A stretch of DNA of 32,000 nt, from contig CP113000.1 of the NCBI GenBank assembly GCA_026625185.1, forward strand, positions 3,072,651 to 3,104,650, read 5' to 3'. Every line of letters begins with the position of its first letter. Positions within the stretch are counted from its first letter, which is position 1. This DNA comes from Thermodesulfobacteriota bacterium (GTDB lineage Bacteria > Desulfobacterota > WTBG01 > JAGOGO01). Below, one piece after another: positions 7,893-14,987 of the stretch. The notes beneath the pieces are model-generated. The model saw only the letters and a list, made by a program, of their open reading frames with translations, had not been told where the DNA came from and did not search any database. A program made the translations under genes and the position numbers.

Positions 7893-9620
7893 TCAGAAAT
7901 TCCAGAAGGAATCAATTTCCTCATCCGTGAAATCCCACACCGCATTGTGGGGCAGCACCGGATCTTCAAAAAATTCCGGGAGCCGGTCATTTTTGTTGGT
8001 AAAGCCGGCCGCCAGATTAAATTCATGTTCCGTCCGCAGGATCTGTTTGCCCAGTTTGGTTATATCATCGGCGGTTAACGAGATGCCAAACCGGGCATTA
8101 ACCATATCAACCATGGCCGTAAAGCCCGCGGGAATGTCAATGATAGGAAAAGCGACAAAAATACACAAACCGGTGCTGTCGATAAAAGCGGTTGCAATCT
8201 GCAGGTTGCGGGAAAGCTCTATCTGCCCTTCTTTCTTCAAAGGATCAACAAAACCGCCGACCTTGAGAATATTGGTAGCAATAGTGTACCCGGCAGTATG
8301 GTCTGCTCCCATGGGTGAGGTTGCATAGGTAATGCCGATGCCCTTTACCGACCGGGGATCATACGCCGGGATGCCCTGATTCTTTACGACCGGCACTCTG
8401 GTGATACCGTAAGCTTTTCCGACTGCTGCTGCACCGCATCCGAGGATTCTTCCCAGTGGTGTTCCTGAACCAATTTCCTTAAGCAGCCCAAGCATACCCT
8501 GGCCGTCACCAAAGGGTATGATCCCGGCTTCCATGGCCACCCCGATCATGACCCCGGTTTCAATCGAATCAACTCCAATATCATCCATAAGGTGGTCCGC
8601 CTGGGCAATCACATCCAGATCATCGATACAGCAGTCCGCACCAAAAGCCCAGATGGTTTCATATTCAAACCCCGAAGTCATATACTTCTGGTCTTTATCA
8701 TTATAAACCTGGGAACACTGGATAACGCACCCGGTATGGCAGCCGTGACTTACTTTGCCTGATCGGCCGGCAATCGTGTCATGCATGGTTTCACCACTTA
8801 TCTTTTCATGTCCCGCAAACTTGCCATAGCGAAAGTTTTTGGTAGGCAGGCCACCGGCTTCATTCAGAATATTCACCAATACATCGGTGCCGTAATTCTT
8901 CAACGCCCCCCCACTGACCGGATGCTCAGCCAAAGCCTTGGCAAATATCTTACCGGCGGCCTTGAATTTCTTCGGATCAGCAATCGGAACACCCGGGGTA
9001 TCAGAATCATCAATGGTTATATACTTTATCTTTTTTGACCCCATCACCGCGCCGAGTCCACCCCGACCCAAACTGCGGATATAATCATCCCGGGTCCTTA
9101 CCGAGATATTGGCTGCTGCCAGACGCATCTCTCCCACCGGTCCCATACTGATGATTCCAATCTTTTTCCCCAACTTCTCAGTAAGGTTTTTTACCACCTC
9201 ATAGTTGCCTTTACCCCCAAGCTCGGTTTCTTCTTTTATGGTAACTCCATTTTTATCAACCTTGAGACTATAAAAAGTATCCTTCTCGGGCAGTCCATCA
9301 ATAATCAGGACTTTTATTCCCAACCGGGCAAAATTCGCGGCAGCCGTGCCTCCCGCATTACACTCTTTAATCCCTCCGGTTAAAGGGCTTTTCGCCCCAG
9401 CAGAAAGTCTTCCGGAGTTGGCACAGGTTGTACCCGATAGCAAACCCGGGGCAAATACCAGCTTGTTGTACTTACCCAACGGGTGACAGGTGGGCTTTAC
9501 TTCCTGAGCCACAATTGTGGAAGTCAAACCCCTGCCCCCCAGCCCTTTCCATTGTTCCGGTACTTCTTCATTCGTAACCTTCAAATCGGTCATATTAATA
9601 CGATAAATTTTATCGGGCAT
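7893..9620 (-). CDS. Aldehyde:ferredoxin oxidoreductase family protein (AOR paralog 2)
   Basis: 575 aa. Strings KIYRINMTDL..GGRGLTS, GCHTGCVIQC, FEYETIWAFG and YATSPMGADHTAGY are AOR-family hallmarks. Clearly divergent from paralog 1. Confidence 0.9.
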   Translation of the reverse strand: MPDKIYRINMTDLKVTNEEVPEQWKGLGGRGLTSTIVAQEVKPTCHPLGKYNKLVFAPGLLSGTTCANSGRLSAGAKSPLTGGIKECNAGGTAAANFARLGIKVLIIDGLPEKDTFYSLKVDKNGVTIKEETELGGKGNYEVVKNLTEKLGKKIGIISMGPVGEMRLAAANISVRTRDDYIRSLGRGGLGAVMGSKKIKYITIDDSDTPGVPIADPKKFKAAGKIFAKALAEHPVSGGALKNYGTDVLVNILNEAGGLPTKNFRYGKFAGHEKISGETMHDTIAGRSGKVSHGCHTGCVIQCSQVYNDKDQKYMTSGFEYETIWAFGADCCIDDLDVIAQADHLMDDIGVDSIETGVMIGVAMEAGIIPFGDGQGMLGLLKEIGSGTPLGRILGCGAAAVGKAYGITRVPVVKNQGIPAYDPRSVKGIGITYATSPMGADHTAGYTIATNILKVGGFVDPLKKEGQIELSRNLQIATAFIDSTGLCIFVAFPIIDIPAGFTAMVDMVNARFGISLTADDITKLGKQILRTEHEFNLAAGFTNKNDRLPEFFEDPVLPHNAVWDFTDEEIDSFWNF

Positions 9621-9670
9621 AATATCACCATGACCTTTTATTAATTATTTCAATGTGTTTTAATACAATT

Positions 9671-9698
9671 ATTTTATTCCAGCCATTAAATTAGTCAA
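9671..9698 (-). promoter_or_regulatory. Putative promoter for AOR-2 (TTGACT-16-TAAAAT)
   Basis: Minus strand: GTACTTGACT AATTTAATGGCTGGAA TAAAAT, about 45 nt upstream of the AOR-2 ATG. Shares the TACTTGACT box with two other promoters in the window. Confidence 0.4.
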
Positions 9699-9726
9699 GT
9701 ACTTAATGAGTTAAAGTTTAAATGCC

Positions 9727-9789
9727 TTCAAAAAAGACGAAATAATACTTTTTTATTTATTAAACTTACCATCAAACTGCTTTTTTGAA
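9727..9789. repeat. 10-bp perfect inverted repeat TTCAAAAAAG ... CTTTTTTGAA, 43-nt spacer
   Basis: Read directly (9727-9736 and 9780-9789). Lies between the two divergent promoters and ends 8 nt before the plus-strand -35. Low-complexity A/T runs, so chance is possible. Confidence 0.4.
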
Positions 9790-9797
9790 AAACTTAC

Positions 9798-9826
9798 TTG
9801 ACTTTTTTGATTAAATATAATATAAT
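9798..9826 (+). promoter_or_regulatory. Consensus sigma70 promoter (TTGACT-17-TATAAT) for the porin/EutBC unit
   Basis: TTGACT at 9798-9803, a 17-nt spacer, TATAAT at 9821-9826. Preceded by TAC, giving TACTTGACT. About 185 nt upstream of the first ATG. Confidence 0.6.
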
Positions 9827-10011
9827 TTGATTTTGTAGACCAAGAAAATGTTTAACCTTTAAAACCCCAGCAGAGGTCTTTTCCTCTTACGTTGCGCTTG
9901 TTGGTTGAATGTTGCTTATTATTTTAACTAAGGTTAGGGTTTTTTTGGTTTTGATTGCTTAACCAAACAATATTCATCAATACTAACTCTTCTAAAAAGA
10001 AAGGAGGCAGA

Positions 10012-10914
10012 ATGATGGGTAGATTAAAAAAAGGAAGAATTATTTACGTTTTTATTGCGATGTTTGCTCTGGTGGTTGCATTGGCTCCATTTTGTTACGC
10101 CCAGGGGGAAGCCCAGGGAGGAACTAAAGAGCTCGAAAAACCGACGCCCGTTCCCGGAGAAACTGAAACACCTGCCCCGGAGAAAGTGGAAATGCCTACA
10201 GTCAACATCAACACATCATTTTATTCACAATACATCTGGCGTGGATATGAACTAAGTCACAAAAGTTTTGTTATGTTCCCTTCTGTGACAGTCAGTTACA
10301 AAGGGTTTTCCCTGAATTGGTGGGGTGATATCGACACCGATTATGGAGCGGGACATCACTCAACAACTCGCCCCAATGATTTACAATGCTGGGAACAAGA
10401 TTACCTGCTATGGTACAGTAACTCCTGGCAAAAGTTTAATTATACTATTGGTTATATTTATTACCACACGATGCCTTCCCATACTCAGGAAGTCTGGGTG
10501 GCTTTAGGTTACAGTAACTTTCTCAATCCCACTTTCAGTGTCTGGCGGGATATAGAGCATGGTCCATCCTGGTATTATAATCTTGCACTGTCACACAGTT
10601 TCCCGATTTCCAAGGATCGCACCTGCTGGAAATATGATATGTCTTTCGATGTCGGGGGGTGGGTGAGTTATTACGACCAGGATCATTACTGGCAACCGGG
10701 TGTTCATCCAAAAACTGATTATAGTGGCTTCCATGATGGACAAGTCTGGACCGGCCTCAAGGTTCCGTTGAGCGATGTATGTTCCATTACGCCAAAAATT
10801 CAATACTCATTTCCTCTAAGTACCAAGGCAAGAAACAATATCAAATCTCTAAGTTTTGACGGGGATGATGCAAATTTTCTGTATGGTGGCCTAATCCTAG
10901 ATTATAATTTTTAG
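10012..10914 (+). CDS. Outer-membrane beta-barrel candidate, Gcw_chp/TorF-like
   Basis: AAGGAGG lies 4-7 nt before the ATG ATG at 10012/10015. Signal peptide MMGRLKKGRIIYVFIAMFALVVALAPFCYA|QGE, then a Pro/Glu-rich linker. NINTSFYSQYIWRGYELSHKSFVMFPSVTVSYKGFSLNWWG resembles the Gcw_chp opening as I remember it. Aromatic-rich alternating pattern ending in ...LDYNF (terminal F). Confidence 0.6.
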   Translation: MMGRLKKGRIIYVFIAMFALVVALAPFCYAQGEAQGGTKELEKPTPVPGETETPAPEKVEMPTVNINTSFYSQYIWRGYELSHKSFVMFPSVTVSYKGFSLNWWGDIDTDYGAGHHSTTRPNDLQCWEQDYLLWYSNSWQKFNYTIGYIYYHTMPSHTQEVWVALGYSNFLNPTFSVWRDIEHGPSWYYNLALSHSFPISKDRTCWKYDMSFDVGGWVSYYDQDHYWQPGVHPKTDYSGFHDGQVWTGLKVPLSDVCSITPKIQYSFPLSTKARNNIKSLSFDGDDANFLYGGLILDYNF

Positions 10915-10987
10915 GAATGACTCTTGTTTCTTTAGCTTAAAGATAAAGAGTAGTTGACCTTAAAATTTTTAAAAAAGGAGGTCCAAC

Positions 10988-13279
10988 ATGAAGAAGCAAT
11001 GCTTAAAATTACTAATGGCGAGCTTTGTCTGCCTCGGGTTATTCTTCCTGAGCACTTACTGCGGAGCGGTTACCATCAAAGATGTCAAGCCCGGGGAAGA
11101 CGTCTTTAGCTATATCGCCAGGGAAAAGGGGGGTTTTGACCAGACCCTCTACCAGCAAGTGATTGGGGCTGCAAATGCCTTTAAGGAAGGCGATGTGGCA
11201 ATTGGCGTGGGCGCGGATGATGAAGCAACCCGTCAAAATGCCCGCACCCTTCTGGCGAACACCAAAATAAAGGACCTGCATGCGCACCCCCTTTTGGTGG
11301 ATAGCGTCCAGAAGTTTATCTGGGCATCAACTGACAAGGCTAAGTTGTTAGTGGTTCAAGACTGGACCATGGGAAAGTTGAAAACCTTTCTTCTGACCAA
11401 ACCTGAACTGGAAATCAAGGCCATCATGGGCGGTTTAAACAGTGATGTGATCGGCTGTGTTCCCAAGCTCATGAGCAACCAGGAGCTGATTAAGGTGGAT
11501 GCGAAAATCTTTAATCCTCTCCCGGGTACCAAAATCGGGGCAAAAGGCTATCTGAGCGCCCGCATCCAGCCCAACTCCCCTACTGATGATCCTGAGGAAA
11601 TTGTCTGGCAGACCTTTGACGGTTTTTCCTATGCCGTAGGGGATTTGGTAATTGGGACCAACCCGGTGGACGGTTCAAAAGAAAGCACCACGAAAATAGA
11701 AACAGCCCTCAAGGATGTTGTTGATACCTTCAAATTAAACGGGGTTGTTCCCTGGTGCGTATTGGCCCATGTTGACGTTCAGGGTGAAATTTTTAAAGAA
11801 AATCCAAAGCTGGTTGATTTCTATTTCCAGAGCCTTGCCGGAACTGAAGCAGCCAACAAGGTCTTTGATGTGACCGTGGAAAAGATGATAAACCATGCCA
11901 AAGAACGCAAGGGTCAACGGTACGGGCTCTATTACGAGACCGGCCAGGGTTCTGACTTCACCAACGGCGCCGCCGAAGGTGTGGACATGGTGGTGCTTGA
12001 ATCACGCAAGTACGGTTTTGCCCGTGGGTTGAAAGAGGAACTTGCTAAAGTTCAGCCGCAGGGTGCCTATACCCACTTCAATGATGTGGCAGGTTTTATT
12101 GGGCCGGAAGTTTTCCGGACCAAGGAACAATTGGTGCGCTGCTGCCTGGAGGATATCTGCATGGGCAAACTCCACGGGCTTTCTGCCGGGCTTGATATTT
12201 GCTCAACCCTCCACATGTCAGTCAGCCTTGATGACCTCGACTGGTGCCAGGACCAGATTATGCCCGCAAATCCCTGTTATCTCATGGCGCTTCCAACCAA
12301 GAATGACCCCATGCTGAGCTACCTGACCACTTCCTATCAGGATCACGTGCGCCTGCGGGAAAAGTTCGGCTTCAAAGTTAATGATGCCATGTGGGAGTTC
12401 TTCAAGCGAATTCAGGTTATCGATCAGGCCGGCAAGCCCACGAAACATTTTGGCGATCCCATCTGGGTGTATTATCAGTACTGCCTGGCCAAGGGCGACA
12501 AGCGTGCCCAGGATGTAATCATGGCTGAAGGCAAAAAGAAGTTCGATGACATTCACGGCACCTGGCTGAAAACCGGCTACAAGGTTCCTCTTGCCTCCGG
12601 GCATGGGAAAACCATGGGTGATCTGAATCCCGAACTCGACAAAAAAATCCGCGCTCTCTACGCTGACGCCAAAAAAGCGATCTGGGCGGAATTCACTCCG
12701 GAATTTATAAAAACCATCCCCAATTCCCTTCAGGTTGCGACCATGTCAACAGACCGGGAAAACTACATCGTGCGTCCGACTACTGGTGAACAGTTGAACG
12801 ACCAGGCCGTAGCAACGCTAACCAAACTGAGAGACTCCTGGCAGGGCAAAGACCCGGACGTCCAGATTGTCATTGCTGATGGTTTAAACGCCAATTCAAT
12901 AATGGCACAGGGGCATCTCATCCCGTATATCAATGAAGTGAGAAAAGAACTCAAAGCTGCGGGCATAACGGTTGGTGAGCAAAATATAGTGATGACCAGC
13001 GGCCGCGTGAGAGCCGGTTATGCTGTTGGCGATCTTTTGTTTGCAAAATCTGATCCCAATAAGCACCGGGCAGTGCTCAACATTATTGGCGAGCGGCCAG
13101 GGACCGGCCAGAATGCCTTCTCCGTGTATATTGCGGCCCCCAAGGCGCAGGTCTGGGCGGAAAAGAAATGCGACCACAATATCGTGAAAGTGGTGTGTGG
13201 TATTTCCACCATGGCTACCAAACCGGAAACTGCAGCTCAAATGACAGTCAAACTGCTCAAACAAATGTGGGCAATGTAA
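10988..13279 (+). CDS. eutBC: Fused ethanolamine ammonia-lyase large+small subunit (EutB-EutC) with N-terminal signal-peptide-like segment
   Basis: AAGGAGG 6 nt upstream of the ATG. Residues 1-27 are MKKQCLKLLMASFVCLGLFFLSTYCGA. The EutB-like block runs ~55-500 (GDLVIGTNPVDGS, CVLAHVDVQ, YYETGQGS, GFIGPEVF, MGKLHGLSAGLD). The EutC-like block runs ~590-763 (DVQIVIADGLNANS, GRVRAGYAVGDLL, NIIGERPGTGQ). Aligned by eye against remembered E. coli EutB/EutC. Confidence 0.85.
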   Translation: MKKQCLKLLMASFVCLGLFFLSTYCGAVTIKDVKPGEDVFSYIAREKGGFDQTLYQQVIGAANAFKEGDVAIGVGADDEATRQNARTLLANTKIKDLHAHPLLVDSVQKFIWASTDKAKLLVVQDWTMGKLKTFLLTKPELEIKAIMGGLNSDVIGCVPKLMSNQELIKVDAKIFNPLPGTKIGAKGYLSARIQPNSPTDDPEEIVWQTFDGFSYAVGDLVIGTNPVDGSKESTTKIETALKDVVDTFKLNGVVPWCVLAHVDVQGEIFKENPKLVDFYFQSLAGTEAANKVFDVTVEKMINHAKERKGQRYGLYYETGQGSDFTNGAAEGVDMVVLESRKYGFARGLKEELAKVQPQGAYTHFNDVAGFIGPEVFRTKEQLVRCCLEDICMGKLHGLSAGLDICSTLHMSVSLDDLDWCQDQIMPANPCYLMALPTKNDPMLSYLTTSYQDHVRLREKFGFKVNDAMWEFFKRIQVIDQAGKPTKHFGDPIWVYYQYCLAKGDKRAQDVIMAEGKKKFDDIHGTWLKTGYKVPLASGHGKTMGDLNPELDKKIRALYADAKKAIWAEFTPEFIKTIPNSLQVATMSTDRENYIVRPTTGEQLNDQAVATLTKLRDSWQGKDPDVQIVIADGLNANSIMAQGHLIPYINEVRKELKAAGITVGEQNIVMTSGRVRAGYAVGDLLFAKSDPNKHRAVLNIIGERPGTGQNAFSVYIAAPKAQVWAEKKCDHNIVKVVCGISTMATKPETAAQMTVKLLKQMWAM

Positions 13280-13291
13280 TAATGTAATCCG

Positions 13292-13340
13292 AACCCCAAA
13301 GGAGGCACTATTTAGGTTCCTCTTTTGGGGTTTCTTATTC
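13292..13340 (+). terminator. Rho-independent terminator after eutBC
   Basis: AACCCCAAAGGAGG-(13 nt)-CCTCTTTTGGGGTT gives a 14-bp stem with one G-U pair, followed by TCTTATT. Starts 13 nt after the stop. Confidence 0.7.
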
Positions 13341-13407
13341 CCTTCCTCAAGTAATCGGGCCGCATTAATTCCTCAAACATTTCAAAACGATTGTTGAGCG
13401 TCCGGAA

Positions 13408-14199
13408 ATGGAAAAAAGTCAGACAACAATACTTCCACAGTACACCAGCCCGAAATTACTTCAAAAAATAAAATTATATATTTCTGCCTTTATCAGTGTT
13501 CCTTTTTACCGGTATGGTGAAATTGGAAATATCTGCTATACTATCGGTAAAAACATTCTAGATGGGGTTATTCTTTATACCATGTTTTCAATGGCTGAAG
13601 AGGAGTTAAAGGTAGCCGCCATCCTCGGAGTGGTAGTGAAATATGCTTATCCAGGAATAACTATGATATCAAGCACTTATACTTCAGCGTTTATTGACCA
13701 TATTGATTACCTGGAGGCGCTGGGAGAAGTAAAAAATCAAATTAAAAAATTAATTACCGCCCATGTAGGGATTGCCATTGGTCAGTCCTTGGGTGCGGTC
13801 TGGTTGCTTCTTTGCTTTCCGCCGTTTTTTAAGTTCTTTTTCCACAACCTGTCATGGGCAGCCCATTTGCTGGTAGTGATCTATTTTCTGCACCATGTGT
13901 GCGACGGTTCGGCACAAATCGTTGAAGGCAGAACCTGGTTTAAAATCGTGGAAATTAAAATTCGTCGCGGGGATGATATAAAACTGTCAAAAAATTTTTG
14001 GGTAATATATACCCTGGCTCAGAATTTTCAGCTTCTGCTCGGCCAGGTGTTCATATGGACAGCATTGGGCATTACCACCGCTTATTCACCGCATTTCACC
14101 GCCCCGCTGGTTATGGTTACGGTATTATGTGGCTTTTTCGGAGTAGTGATCTCAAAATTTATTCTGCCGGTTGCGTATAAATTAAAGTTTTGTTATTAA
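13408..14199 (+). CDS. Polytopic integral membrane protein, unknown family
   Basis: 263 aa with about 6-7 hydrophobic helices (e.g. GIAIGQSLGAVWLLLCFPPFF, WAAHLLVVIYFLHHV, APLVMVTVLCGFFGVVISKFILPV). Abuts the ABC ATPase gene. Weak SD. I recognise no family. Confidence 0.5.
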   Translation: MEKSQTTILPQYTSPKLLQKIKLYISAFISVPFYRYGEIGNICYTIGKNILDGVILYTMFSMAEEELKVAAILGVVVKYAYPGITMISSTYTSAFIDHIDYLEALGEVKNQIKKLITAHVGIAIGQSLGAVWLLLCFPPFFKFFFHNLSWAAHLLVVIYFLHHVCDGSAQIVEGRTWFKIVEIKIRRGDDIKLSKNFWVIYTLAQNFQLLLGQVFIWTALGITTAYSPHFTAPLVMVTVLCGFFGVVISKFILPVAYKLKFCY

Positions 14200-14222
14200 A
14201 TTATATCAGTCGCCCAAAGGAT

Positions 14223-14984
14223 ATGCTCGAATTAAATGACATCCGTTTTTCAATCGAAAACAAAACGATTCTGGATGGGATTTCAGTAAAGTTTGACCCG
14301 GGGAATATTCACGGAATCATAGGACCGAATGGTTCCGGCAAATCAACCATGCTGAAAAATATTTGCCGTATCTGGGAACCACAAACTGGCACGATTTTTA
14401 TTAATACCCAAGACTATCGGTCAATACCAAGAAAAGAGCTGAGCAAAATTGTTACCCTGGTTCCTCAACATACCAATGTTAGCTTTCCGATACCGGTTTA
14501 TGATATCGTTGCTATGGGGCGCAATCCTCATTTGGGACGTTTCGAGGCATTAAAAAAAGAGGATCAGGAAATAATCGACCGCGCTTTAAAGCAAACAAAT
14601 ATTTATGAGCTGAAGGATCGCAATATCAATGAATTGTCCGGCGGTGAGAGTCAGCTGTCAATTATCGCGCGCGCCTTTGCGACCGAGGCAGCGCTCATAT
14701 TGCTTGATGAACCAACCTCCGAGCTGGATATAAAACATACGCTGGCAATCATTAGTATTTTATACCGGCTAAAAGAACAAGGGAAAACTATCCTCGTTAC
14801 CATGCACGATCTGAATCTTGCCAGAAAGTTTTGCGATACCATATCCATCATTCACCAAGGGAAAATCTTCTTTACCGGTTCACCGGAACAAGCATTTTCT
14901 GAAAACAATATCCGACAGGTGTTTGAGGTCAATGTCAGAGAGGTCAAAAAAAACTCCAGCGTTTTTCTTGAGTTTTATGCATAG
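14223..14984 (+). CDS. ABC transporter ATP-binding protein, FecE/BtuD (iron-siderophore/cobalamin) type
   Basis: Walker A GPNGSGKST, signature LSGGESQL, Walker B LILLDEPTSELD, H-loop TMHDL. The MLELNDIRFS start at 14223 is preferred over the track's TTG at 14190. Confidence 0.85.
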   Translation: MLELNDIRFSIENKTILDGISVKFDPGNIHGIIGPNGSGKSTMLKNICRIWEPQTGTIFINTQDYRSIPRKELSKIVTLVPQHTNVSFPIPVYDIVAMGRNPHLGRFEALKKEDQEIIDRALKQTNIYELKDRNINELSGGESQLSIIARAFATEAALILLDEPTSELDIKHTLAIISILYRLKEQGKTILVTMHDLNLARKFCDTISIIHQGKIFFTGSPEQAFSENNIRQVFEVNVREVKKNSSVFLEFYA

Positions 14985-14987
14985 TAG

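Noticed and set aside
7711-8328. 205-aa plus-strand ORF inside AOR paralog 2
   Set aside because: It is fully antisense to a gene with unmistakable AOR motifs. The product is Ser/Leu/Pro-rich and low-complexity, with no SD: a typical shadow ORF.
11039-13264. Several 60-128-aa minus-strand and off-frame plus-strand ORFs within eutBC
   Set aside because: All are nested in a 763-aa ORF with continuous EutB and EutC similarity. None has its own SD or any family character.
9827-13407. Cobalamin riboswitch expected near a B12 enzyme and a Btu-type transporter
   Set aside because: I scanned the eutBC leader and the 13341-13407 gap for the B12 box (…GCCACUG…) and found none. The only GCCACTG (about 6370-6376) is inside the SBP coding region.
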